DNA of 64,000 nt from Flavobacterium sp. (GTDB lineage: Bacteria; Bacteroidota; Bacteroidia; Flavobacteriales; Flavobacteriaceae), in assembly GCF_024642105.1 (NCBI RefSeq), contig NZ_JAHEBT010000056.1, forward strand, positions 22,531-86,530, read 5' to 3'. Both the position numbers and the translations under genes were made by a program. Positions 19,295 to 27,537 of the stretch are shown one piece after another (within the stretch, counting starts at the first letter, position 1; the number at the start of each line of letters is the position of its first letter). The notes under the pieces were generated by a model that saw only the letters and a program-made list of their open reading frames with translations, did no database searches and was not told where the DNA came from.

Positions 19295-20008
19295 ATGCAA
19301 GTCAAAACCAAAGCGATTGTTATTTCGGCATTAAAATTTCAGGAAAAAAGCCTGATTGTAAAATGCTTTACCCTGACGCACGGTTTGAAATCGTATTTTG
19401 TTCGAGATGCTTTTTCGTCTCGAAAATCGAATCAAAAAATCGCCTATTTCCAGCCCTTGAGTATTTTAGAAATTGAAGCGGTGCATAAGAATAAAGGTAC
19501 TTTGGAAAATTTTAAAGAAATTAAAATTGCCACGCCTTTTCATTCGATTCATACCGACATTGTTAAAAGCACCATTGTGTTGTTCTTGTCGGAGATTTTG
19601 CACCATTCCATACACGAAGAAGAAAAAAACGAAGCGCTTTTTACGTTTATAGAAGCGGCGTTGCAGTGGCTCGATAATCACAATGAAACGGCTAACTTTC
19701 ATTTGATTTTATTACTCGAAATGACCAAATATTTTGGTTTTTACCCTGATGTAACTGACAGGGATCAGGCTTTTTTCGAATTGGTAGAAGGTGTTTTTTC
19801 TCCTTTTCATGCCGTGAGTTCGTTGACGGAACACGAAACCCTTTTGTTTAAAAAACTGATTGACTTAAAATGGGATTCGGATCAAAAGATTTTTCATGTT
19901 ATTGAAAGACAAATTCTCTTGAAAATCCTAATGGATTACTACAGCTATCACTTGGACGGCTTTAGAAAACCCAAATCCTTGGACGTATTGAAGGAGGTTT
20001 TTGCATAA
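19295..20008 (+). CDS. recO: DNA repair protein RecO
   Basis: N-terminal OB-fold (KAIVIS...EKSLIVKCFT..GLKSY..FQPLSIL) and a helical C-terminal domain. Confidence 0.9.
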   Translation: MQVKTKAIVISALKFQEKSLIVKCFTLTHGLKSYFVRDAFSSRKSNQKIAYFQPLSILEIEAVHKNKGTLENFKEIKIATPFHSIHTDIVKSTIVLFLSEILHHSIHEEEKNEALFTFIEAALQWLDNHNETANFHLILLLEMTKYFGFYPDVTDRDQAFFELVEGVFSPFHAVSSLTEHETLLFKKLIDLKWDSDQKIFHVIERQILLKILMDYYSYHLDGFRKPKSLDVLKEVFA

Positions 20009-20040
20009 CGTCATTGCGAGGAGGAACGACGAAGCAATCT
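20009..20040. repeat. CGTC-tagged REP-like element
   Basis: CGTCATTGCGAGGAGGAACGACGAAGCAATCT starts at the first base after the recO stop. Confidence 0.75.
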
Positions 20041-20182
20041 AACACAGATTTCACGAATTTCTCAGATTGGTTGAGTACTTCTTATTAAAAGTACCCACAC
20101 GGAAGGATTTGTGTGAAAGTGACTGTTTTTCAATTCTCTTAAATTTTAATGATCTGTGGTAATCTGTGCAATCTGTGTTAGA
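20038..20182. repeat. Nonamer-periodic MITE-like element with 13-bp perfect terminal inverted repeats
   Basis: TCTAACACAGATT (20038-20050) and AATCTGTGTTAGA (20170-20182); arms built of ACAGATT-like 9-nt units. Confidence 0.75.
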
Positions 20183-20238
20183 ATTTAGTATTTAATTTCC
20201 CTTTAAAAATCACACATTAATCAGTATCAATAACTTTT

Positions 20239-20264
20239 AGCTATTGCCTTTTGCCTTTTGCCTA
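20239..20264. repeat. TTGCCT(A/T) heptamer half-element
   Basis: CTATTGCCTTTTGCCTTTTGCCTA; same family as 13959-14026. Confidence 0.55.
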
Positions 20265-20272
20265 TAAATCAT

Positions 20273-20280
20273 TACTTTCG
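20273..20280 (+). promoter_or_regulatory. -7 promoter element of ileS (TAnnTTCG variant)
   Basis: TACTTTCG about 25 nt upstream of ATG 20305. Confidence 0.5.
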
Positions 20281-20304
20281 CAACTCGATTTAGAAAAGCA
20301 TACC

Positions 20305-23300
20305 ATGAGCACAAAATTTACTGAATACAAAGGACTTGACTTGCCAAAATCGGCAGAAGAAGTGCTGGATTTTTGGAAGAAAGAAACGATATTTGAGAAA
20401 ACGGTAACTACCCGTGAGGGGAATCCGCCGTACGTGTTTTTTGAGGGGCCGCCTTCGGCAAATGGCTTGCCAGGAATTCACCACGTGATGGCACGTGCTA
20501 TTAAAGATATTTTTTGTCGCTATAAAACTCAAAAAGGGTTCCAAGTAAAGCGTAAAGCAGGTTGGGATACCCACGGTTTGCCGGTTGAATTAGGTACCGA
20601 AAAAGAATTGGGAATTACCAAAGAAGACATTGGTAAAACCATCACCGTAGAAGAATACAACGAGGCGTGCAAACGCACCGTGATGCGCTATACTGACGTT
20701 TGGAACGATCTAACGGAGAAAATGGGGTATTGGGTAGATATGGAAGATCCGTATGTGACGTACAAACCTAAATATATGGAAACCGTGTGGTGGTTGTTGA
20801 AACAAATCTACAACAAGGATTTGATGTACAAAGGGTACACCATTCAGCCGTACTCGCCAAAAGCAGGGACAGGATTGTCTTCGCACGAGGTGAATCAACC
20901 AGGTTCGTACCGCGATGTAACGGACACTACCATTGTAGCACAGTTCAGAAGCCCCCTAACCCCCGAAGGGGGAATTGGTAGCAATTCAATTTTAAAAGCA
21001 TTTGGTCTTAGCTCCCCTCCTTTGGAGGGGCTGGGGGAGGCTTTTTTCTTGGCTTGGACGACAACACCTTGGACTTTGCCATCGAATACCGCTTTGACTG
21101 TAGGTTCAAAAATTGATTATGTGTTGGTGAAAACCTTCAATCAATATACGTTCTTACCAACGAATGTCATTTTGGCTAAAAACTTGGTGGGAAAACAATT
21201 TGGCAAAACGTTTTTCGAATCGGCAGAAGCTGCTGATTTTGAAAATTTCAAAGCAGGAGATAAGAAAATTCCATTTCAAATTTTGGCGGAAGCCAAAGGA
21301 GCGGACTTGGTTGGAATTCGTTACGAGCAATTGATGCCGTTGGCTTTGCCGTATCAAAATGCTGAAGATGCGTTCCGTGTGATTGCAGGAGATTTCGTTA
21401 CTACCGAAGACGGAACAGGAATTGTACATACCGCGCCTACTTTTGGTGCAGATGATGCTAAAGTGGCGGCAGCAGCTACTCCCGAAGTGCCGCCAATGTT
21501 GGTTTTGGACGAAAATGGTACGCCAGTTCCTTTGGTGGATTTACAAGGTAAATTTGTAAATGGACTAGGTGATTTATCAGGTAAATACGTTAAAAACGAA
21601 TACTATAACGAGGGTGAAGCACCAGAGCGTTCTGCCGATGTAGAAATTGCGATTCAGTTAAAAGAAGAAAATAAGGCGTTCAAAGTGGAAAAATACGTCC
21701 ACAGTTACCCACATTGTTGGAGAACGGATAAGCCTATTTTATATTACCCATTGGATTCTTGGTTCATCAAGATTACCGAAGTGCGTGACCGTATGTTTGA
21801 CTTGAACGATTCCATCAACTGGAAGCCAAAAGCTACAGGTGAAGGTCGTTTTGGAAACTGGTTGAAAAACGCTAACGATTGGAATTTATCGCGTTCTAGA
21901 TATTGGGGAATTCCGTTGCCAATTTGGAGAACCGAAGACAAACAAGAAGAAATCTTGATTGGTTCGGTTGAAGAATTGTACCACGAAATTGAAAAATCAA
22001 TTCAGGCGGGTTGTCAAAAAACAAATCCGTTTGCTGGTTTCGAAATTGGAAACATGTCGGAAGCGAATTATGATTTGATTGATTTGCACAAAAATGTAGT
22101 GGACGAAATCACTTTGGTTTCTGCTTCAGGAAAACCAATGCAACGCGAAAGCGATTTGATTGACGTTTGGTTTGATTCAGGCGCAATGCCTTATGCACAA
22201 TGGCATTACCCATTTGAAAATAAAGAACTTATAGATGGCGTTTGTCATTCCGAACTTGTTTCGGAATCTAAAGAGGAGAACCTGAAACAAGTTCAGGTTG
22301 ACAAGCGTATGTTTCCAGCTGATTTTATTGCTGAAGGAGTCGATCAAACCCGTGGTTGGTTTTATACTTTGCACGCTATTGGAACTTTGGTTTTTGACAA
22401 AATCGCGTATAAAAATGTGGTTTCTAACGGATTGGTATTGGACAAAAACGGACAGAAAATGTCGAAACGTTTAGGAAATGCCGTTGATCCTTTTGAAACT
22501 TTGAAAGAATATGGTCCAGATGCGACGCGTTGGTACATGATATCCAATGCGAATCCTTGGGATAATTTAAAGTTTGACTTGGAAGGAATTGCTGAGGTGC
22601 GTCGTAAGTTCTTCGGGACCTTATACAACACCTATTCGTTCTTTAGTTTGTATGCCAATATCGATGGTTTTACCTATTCAGAAGCTGAGATTCCGTTGGC
22701 AGAACGCCCAGAAATTGACCGTTGGATTATATCAGAATTGAATACGTTGATTAAAGATGTCGATGGTTTTTATGCTGATTATGAACCAACCAGAGCGGCT
22801 CGTGCGATTTCTGATTTTGTTCAGGAAAACTTGAGTAACTGGTACGTTCGTTTGTGCAGAAGACGTTTTTGGAAAGGGGAGTATGCGCAAGATAAAATCG
22901 CTGCTTACCAAACCTTATACACTTGTTTGTTAAGTATAAGTAAATTGGCTGCACCAATTGCGCCATTTTATATGGATAAATTATACAGAGACTTAACACA
23001 AGCGACACATTCAGAAGGTTTTGAGAGTGTACATTTGGCAAAATTTCCAGAATACGTTGAAAACTTTGTTGATAAATCGTTGGAAAGCAAAATGCAAAAA
23101 GCCCAAACGATTTCATCATTGGTATTGTCGCTTCGTAAAAAAGAGATGATTAAAGTGCGTCAACCTTTGCAAAAGGTAATGATTCCGGTACTTGACAACA
23201 ATCAAAGAGCTGAAATCGAAGCAGTATCAGACTTGATAAAAGCGGAAGTAAACGTAAAAGAAATTGTGCTTTTAGACGATGCTTCGGGGATTTTGGTCAA

Positions 23301-23814
23301 ACAAATTAAACCTAATTTCAAGACATTAGGACCTCGTTTTGGAAAAGACATGGGCTTGATTTCTAAGGAGATACAAGGATTTTCGCCAGATCAAATCAAT
23401 GAATTGGAACGCGAAGGAAGTTTAGCTATTGTTATTGCGGGAAATACCGTATCTTTAACTATAGAAGATGTAGAAATTACATCGCAGGATATTGAAGGTT
23501 GGTTAGTGGCTAATTCTAACGGAATTACAGTAGCGTTAGACATTACCATTTCGGCAGAATTGAAACAAGAAGGGATTGCGAGAGAATTGGTCAACCGAAT
23601 TCAAAATATCCGTAAAGATTCAGGGTTTGAAGTAACAGATAAAATTAAAGTGACGTTACAACACAATGCCGAATTACAAGCAGCCGTAGTGGCTAATGAA
23701 GAGTACATCAAGTCAGAAACCTTAACCGAAAGTTTGGTTTTTGAAAATGAAGTAGCTAACGGATTAGAAATAGAATTTGACGATATAAAAACAAGAATAA
23801 TAATCACTAAATAA
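20305..23814 (+). CDS. ileS: Isoleucine--tRNA ligase, type 2, with two in-frame repeat-derived inserts
   Basis: FFEGPPSANGLPGIHH, GWDTHGLPVE, AWTTTPWTLPSN, DWNLSRSRYWG, FIAEGVDQTRGW, KMSKR. Confidence 0.98.
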   Translation: MSTKFTEYKGLDLPKSAEEVLDFWKKETIFEKTVTTREGNPPYVFFEGPPSANGLPGIHHVMARAIKDIFCRYKTQKGFQVKRKAGWDTHGLPVELGTEKELGITKEDIGKTITVEEYNEACKRTVMRYTDVWNDLTEKMGYWVDMEDPYVTYKPKYMETVWWLLKQIYNKDLMYKGYTIQPYSPKAGTGLSSHEVNQPGSYRDVTDTTIVAQFRSPLTPEGGIGSNSILKAFGLSSPPLEGLGEAFFLAWTTTPWTLPSNTALTVGSKIDYVLVKTFNQYTFLPTNVILAKNLVGKQFGKTFFESAEAADFENFKAGDKKIPFQILAEAKGADLVGIRYEQLMPLALPYQNAEDAFRVIAGDFVTTEDGTGIVHTAPTFGADDAKVAAAATPEVPPMLVLDENGTPVPLVDLQGKFVNGLGDLSGKYVKNEYYNEGEAPERSADVEIAIQLKEENKAFKVEKYVHSYPHCWRTDKPILYYPLDSWFIKITEVRDRMFDLNDSINWKPKATGEGRFGNWLKNANDWNLSRSRYWGIPLPIWRTEDKQEEILIGSVEELYHEIEKSIQAGCQKTNPFAGFEIGNMSEANYDLIDLHKNVVDEITLVSASGKPMQRESDLIDVWFDSGAMPYAQWHYPFENKELIDGVCHSELVSESKEENLKQVQVDKRMFPADFIAEGVDQTRGWFYTLHAIGTLVFDKIAYKNVVSNGLVLDKNGQKMSKRLGNAVDPFETLKEYGPDATRWYMISNANPWDNLKFDLEGIAEVRRKFFGTLYNTYSFFSLYANIDGFTYSEAEIPLAERPEIDRWIISELNTLIKDVDGFYADYEPTRAARAISDFVQENLSNWYVRLCRRRFWKGEYAQDKIAAYQTLYTCLLSISKLAAPIAPFYMDKLYRDLTQATHSEGFESVHLAKFPEYVENFVDKSLESKMQKAQTISSLVLSLRKKEMIKVRQPLQKVMIPVLDNNQRAEIEAVSDLIKAEVNVKEIVLLDDASGILVKQIKPNFKTLGPRFGKDMGLISKEIQGFSPDQINELEREGSLAIVIAGNTVSLTIEDVEITSQDIEGWLVANSNGITVALDITISAELKQEGIARELVNRIQNIRKDSGFEVTDKIKVTLQHNAELQAAVVANEEYIKSETLTESLVFENEVANGLEIEFDDIKTRIIITK
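20950..21042. repeat. G/C-rich double-hairpin element inserted in-frame in ileS (31 codons)
   Basis: CCCCC-GAA-GGGGG and CCCCTCC-TTT-GGAGGGG hairpins in inverted arms; translates as SPLTPEGG...SPPLEGLGEA. Confidence 0.8.
22243..22303. repeat. TGTCA-tagged REP doublet inserted in-frame in ileS (20 codons)
   Basis: TGTCATTCCGAACTTGTTTCGGAATCT...AGAACCTGAAACAAGTTCAGGTTGACA; homologous to intergenic 14666-14727. Confidence 0.9.
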
Positions 23815-23821
23815 TGGAGTT

Positions 23822-24202
23822 ATGGTAGATGAAATTGCAAGATACTCAGATGCTGATTTAGCAGAATTCAAAGAATTAATTCAAAAGAAAATACAAAAAG
23901 CTCAAGAAGATTTAGACTTGATTAAAAGTGCTTATATGAATGATTTGAATAATGGAACAGACGATACGTCTCCAACATTCAAAGCGTTTGAAGAAGGTAG
24001 CGAAACCATGTCTAAAGAAGCCAACTCACAATTAGCTATTCGTCAAGAAAAGTTCATTCGTGATTTGAAAAATGCGCTTTTCCGTGTTGAAAATAAAACC
24101 TACGGAGTGTGTAAAGTGACAGGAAAATTAATTAGCAAAGAACGTTTGTTAATTGTGCCTCACGCTACAATGAGTATCGAAGCTAAAAACATGCAACGAT
24201 AA
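23822..24202 (+). CDS. TraR/DksA family transcription factor
   Basis: Coiled coil followed by YGVCKVTGKLISKERL..VPHAT. Confidence 0.85.
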   Translation: MVDEIARYSDADLAEFKELIQKKIQKAQEDLDLIKSAYMNDLNNGTDDTSPTFKAFEEGSETMSKEANSQLAIRQEKFIRDLKNALFRVENKTYGVCKVTGKLISKERLLIVPHATMSIEAKNMQR

Positions 24203-24225
24203 GAAATCGCTGTAAAAGCATACCT

Positions 24226-24288
24226 TTCCAAATTTCAAGAATTTCTGATTAGAAATCTTGGGATTTGGAATTTTTATTTTTGGAATTT
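24226..24288. repeat. TTCCAAA/TTTGGAA heptamer-type palindromic element
   Basis: TTCCAAATTTCAAGAATTTCT and AGAAATCTTGGGATTTGGAA form an imperfect inverted pair, followed by an extra TTTGGAATTT. Confidence 0.55.
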
Positions 24289-24291
24289 ATT

Positions 24292-24299
24292 TACTTTTG
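24292..24299 (+). promoter_or_regulatory. -7 promoter element of lspA
   Basis: TACTTTTG, 4 nt before ATG 24304. Confidence 0.55.
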
Positions 24300-24303
24300 C
24301 CGC

Positions 24304-24921
24304 ATGAAACAGAATTCAATGTCATTACGAAGCGCTTACTTTCTTGTTGTTTTTATACTACTTATAGACCAAGTATCTAAAATTTACATCAAAACCAACT
24401 TCATTTTAGGTGAAGAAGTGGAGGTGTTTTCTTGGTTTAAAATTTATTTTATTGAAAACGAAGGAATGGCATGGGGAACCAAAATTCCAGGAGAATATGG
24501 CAAACTAATTTTGACGGTATTCCGTTTATTTGCAGTTGCAGGAATAGGGTACTGGCTTTGGGATTCGGTAAAGAAAAGACACAGTTCTAATTATTTGATT
24601 GTGGCCATTGCTTTGATTATGGCGGGAGCTTTCGGAAATATTTTAGATTCGGTTTTTTATGGTGTGTCGTTTGATGATAGCCAACAAAATGTAGCTACTT
24701 TATTTTCAAATAAACCGTATGGAACTTGGTTTCATGGGAAAGTGGTTGATATGTTTTATTTTCCTATTTGGCAAGGTAATTTACCTACTTGGTTACCAAT
24801 TTGGGGTGGCAAAGAATTTACATTTTTCAACGCTATTTTTAATATTGCCGATGTGGCTATTTCTACCGGGGTTGGAATTTTGCTTTTCTTCAATAAAAAA
24901 GCATTTCACAAGTACGAATAG
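24304..24921 (+). CDS. lspA: Lipoprotein signal peptidase
   Basis: IDQVSK, ENEGMAWG, GAFGNILD, GKVVDM, FNIADVAI. Start is 24304 or 24319. Confidence 0.95.
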   Translation: MKQNSMSLRSAYFLVVFILLIDQVSKIYIKTNFILGEEVEVFSWFKIYFIENEGMAWGTKIPGEYGKLILTVFRLFAVAGIGYWLWDSVKKRHSSNYLIVAIALIMAGAFGNILDSVFYGVSFDDSQQNVATLFSNKPYGTWFHGKVVDMFYFPIWQGNLPTWLPIWGGKEFTFFNAIFNIADVAISTGVGILLFFNKKAFHKYE

Positions 24922-24965
24922 TTTGTGATACAGATATAAAAGGAGGCTACAAACAGGGTTATTCT

Positions 24966-25046
24966 TGTTAAACTGAACTTGTTTCAGTTTCTTTCGACTA
25001 CTTTTTGATAATTCATTATGGATTCCGAAATAAATTCGGAATGACA
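24966..25046. repeat. TGTCA-tagged REP doublet between convergent genes
   Basis: TGTTAAACTGAACTTGTTTCAGTTTCT...GGATTCCGAAATAAATTCGGAATGACA. Confidence 0.8.
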
Positions 25047-25088
25047 AAAATGCTGCTTTTTTAGCCCCCTCTTTAATTTTTGCTTATT

Positions 25089-25499
25089 TTATAAGTTATA
25101 AAAATCTCTTACCTTGGCAACAATCTGATTGATTGTCATTTTATCTGCAGTAGTAACCCCTTTTAACTTGTCTGGAGTGATAATTTTTTCGTCTTGAATC
25201 CTTTTTTTTAATTCGGTTTTAGCACCTGCAGGGCCAAACACATACAATTCATCTGATTTTTTGACATAGTCAATTACCGAGTCCATAAAGTAATTGGTTT
25301 GTTCTTTTTTGCGGTTATTCAATTGAGTTTCGTTAGCACTGTGATGATTCCCAGCGAATGTACCTTTGTTTCCTTCGCGGTTGTGGTGCGATTTATTTTC
25401 AATGTCCGAATCAATTTCGGTAATACTTTCTTTTTTGCCATCTAGGCTAACAATAATAGCTTTTGAGCTGTCAATCCAAATTCCTGTTTGTCGTTTCAT
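25089..25499 (-). CDS. Hypothetical protein, probable eRF1-domain-2/host-attachment-like fold
   Basis: GIWIDSSKAIIV at the N-terminus and LYVFGPAGAKTEL resemble baeRF-type proteins (recognised from memory). Confidence 0.55.
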   Translation of the reverse strand: MKRQTGIWIDSSKAIIVSLDGKKESITEIDSDIENKSHHNREGNKGTFAGNHHSANETQLNNRKKEQTNYFMDSVIDYVKKSDELYVFGPAGAKTELKKRIQDEKIITPDKLKGVTTADKMTINQIVAKVRDFYNL

Positions 25500-25640
25500 G
25501 ATTCTTCATTTTAAGTTAAAATACTGTTTTACTTAAAGTTAGAAAAAAATAAAAGAGCTTGGAATTAATTAACGCGCTATTAACGCTTTGGTTGCGGTTA
25601 AGGTGAAAAGGATTAATTTCCAAATACAGAGTGTTTTTTT

Positions 25641-25672
25641 AAATCGGTGGCAATTTGTGAAATCTGTGTTAG
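25641..25672. repeat. Right-arm remnant of the nonamer-periodic MITE family
   Basis: Ends in AATCTGTGTTAG, identical to 20170-20181. Confidence 0.5.
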
Positions 25673-25676
25673 TGAA

Positions 25677-27038
25677 TTACCCAAATAATTCCCCTGCCAC
25701 ATCTTCAATTTTAGCCACTAGACGAATTTTAATTCCAGGATTTTTCAACGCAATTTTATTGTATTTGGACACAAAAATGGTCGAAAATCCTAATTTTTCG
25801 GCTTCTTGAATGCGTTGATCCACTCGGTTTACGGGACGAATTTCACCAGAAAGACCTACCTCGCCAGCAAAACAAAAATCTTTATTGACAGGAATGTCTT
25901 CATTGGAAGATAAAATAGCGGCAACCACCGCTAAATCAATAGCCGGATCGTCCACGGAAATACCTCCAGTGATGTTTAAGAAAACGTCTTTGGCACCCAA
26001 ACGGAAACCGGCTCGTTTTTCTAAAACTGCCAAAATCATATTCAGTCTTTTGGCATTGTATCCAGTCGTGCTACGTTGAGGCGTTCCGTACACGGCGGTG
26101 CTTACTAAAGCTTGTATTTCGAGCATCAAAGGGCGCATACCCTCTAAAGTAGTGGCAATGGCAGTTCCTGATAATTCTTCGTCTTTGTGCGAAATCAAAA
26201 TCTCCGAAGGATTGGACACTTCGCGTAAGCCGCTGCCTAACATTTCGTAAATTCCGATTTCAGCAGTAGATCCAAAACGATTTTTTAGCGAACGCAAAAT
26301 GCGGTACACATGATTTCTGTCGCCTTCAAATTGCAAAACGGTATCGACCATGTGTTCCAAAATTTTTGGACCTGCAATGGTGCCGTCTTTGGTAATATGA
26401 CCAATTAAAATAACAGGAATATTGGTTTCTTTAGCAAATTTAATCAACTCAGCCGTTGTTTCTCTAATTTGAGAAATACTGCCTGGTGTGGATTCAATAT
26501 AATCGGTATGAAGTGTCTGAATCGAATCAATAATGACAATTTCAGGTTGGATGGCTTCAATTTGTTTGAAGATATTTTGTGTTTTGGTTTCGGTCAGAAT
26601 ATAGCAATTATCGCCGTTTGGTGTAATGCGCTCCGCACGCATTTTAATTTGTTTTTGACTTTCTTCACCCGAAACATAAAGCGTTTTATAAGGTAAACTG
26701 AGGGAAATTTGAAGCAAAAGTGTACTTTTTCCGATACCCGGTTCACCTCCCAAAAGAATCAAAGATCCAGGAACAATACCACCTCCTAAAACGCGGTTGA
26801 GTTCATTGTCAGTCGTGTCTAAGCGAATTTCTTGGGTAGAATCGATTTCATTTATTCGCAAAGGTTTTGGTGCTTTTCCAGCAACTGTCGGTTCGCTTTT
26901 CCAAGCTACTTTTTCTTGTTTTTGAACAATCTCTTCGGCAATGGTGTTCCATTCTTTACAGGCGTTGCATTGTCCTTGCCATTTGGCATATTGTGTTCCG
27001 CAGTTTTGACAGAAAAAAGTAGTTTTGACTTTCGACAT
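25677..27038 (-). CDS. radA: DNA repair protein RadA/Sms
   Basis: CQNCG...CNAC zinc finger, GGEPGIGKST, KNRFG, Lon-like C-terminus. Confidence 0.98.
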   Translation of the reverse strand: MSKVKTTFFCQNCGTQYAKWQGQCNACKEWNTIAEEIVQKQEKVAWKSEPTVAGKAPKPLRINEIDSTQEIRLDTTDNELNRVLGGGIVPGSLILLGGEPGIGKSTLLLQISLSLPYKTLYVSGEESQKQIKMRAERITPNGDNCYILTETKTQNIFKQIEAIQPEIVIIDSIQTLHTDYIESTPGSISQIRETTAELIKFAKETNIPVILIGHITKDGTIAGPKILEHMVDTVLQFEGDRNHVYRILRSLKNRFGSTAEIGIYEMLGSGLREVSNPSEILISHKDEELSGTAIATTLEGMRPLMLEIQALVSTAVYGTPQRSTTGYNAKRLNMILAVLEKRAGFRLGAKDVFLNITGGISVDDPAIDLAVVAAILSSNEDIPVNKDFCFAGEVGLSGEIRPVNRVDQRIQEAEKLGFSTIFVSKYNKIALKNPGIKIRLVAKIEDVAGELFG

Positions 27039-27120
27039 AATTCTTGGAATAAATTGAATTCAAATTTACAGTAAAGAATGTTCTAATAAAAATAATATAA
27101 ATAAGGGTTAATGAAATAAC

Positions 27121-27150
27121 AAAAAAACCACTCCTTTTGAGAGTGGTTTT
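27121..27150 (-). terminator. Intrinsic terminator of panD
   Basis: AAAACCACTC...GAGTGGTTTT hairpin with flanking A/T runs. Confidence 0.75.
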
Positions 27151-27172
27151 ATTTATATAAAGGGGATTTCGA

Positions 27173-27523
27173 TTATGTCAAGGAATTATCATTTTCATTA
27201 GGAAAAATAATCCACGGCTTGAAAGTTTTAGCTTCTTCAAACTCGAGTGTCGCATACGAAATAATAATAATGATATCGTCTTTTTGTACTTTTCGAGCGG
27301 CTGGCCCGTTTAAAGTGATGGTGCCGGAGTTTTTTTCTCCTTTAATAGCATAGGTTTCAAAACGTTCGCCATTGTTTACGTTCACGATAGCTACTTTTTC
27401 GCCTTCAATAATGTTAGAAGCTTCGAGTAAAGCCTCGTCAATAGTGATGCTCCCGATGTAATTTAAATCGGCTCCGGTTACTTTAACGCGGTGTATTTTT
27501 GATTTTACTACTTGAATTTGCAT
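27173..27523 (-). CDS. panD: Aspartate 1-decarboxylase
   Basis: KSKIHR, YIG|SITID autocleavage site, NGERFETY, LNGPAAR. Confidence 0.98.
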   Translation of the reverse strand: MQIQVVKSKIHRVKVTGADLNYIGSITIDEALLEASNIIEGEKVAIVNVNNGERFETYAIKGEKNSGTITLNGPAARKVQKDDIIIIISYATLEFEEAKTFKPWIIFPNENDNSLT

Positions 27524-27527
27524 GGTG

Positions 27528-27535
27528 CAAAAGTA
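27528..27535 (-). promoter_or_regulatory. -7 promoter element directly upstream of panD
   Basis: TACTTTTG-CACC-ATG. Confidence 0.55.
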
Positions 27536-27537
27536 AA

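Noticed and set aside
20251-20304. Longer ORF-track starts for ileS (20251), and likewise batB (3539), lspA (24265), cvpA (8487), bioD (45236) and bioB (54156)
   Set aside because: These extensions lie within repeats or promoter boxes; the downstream ATGs fit better.
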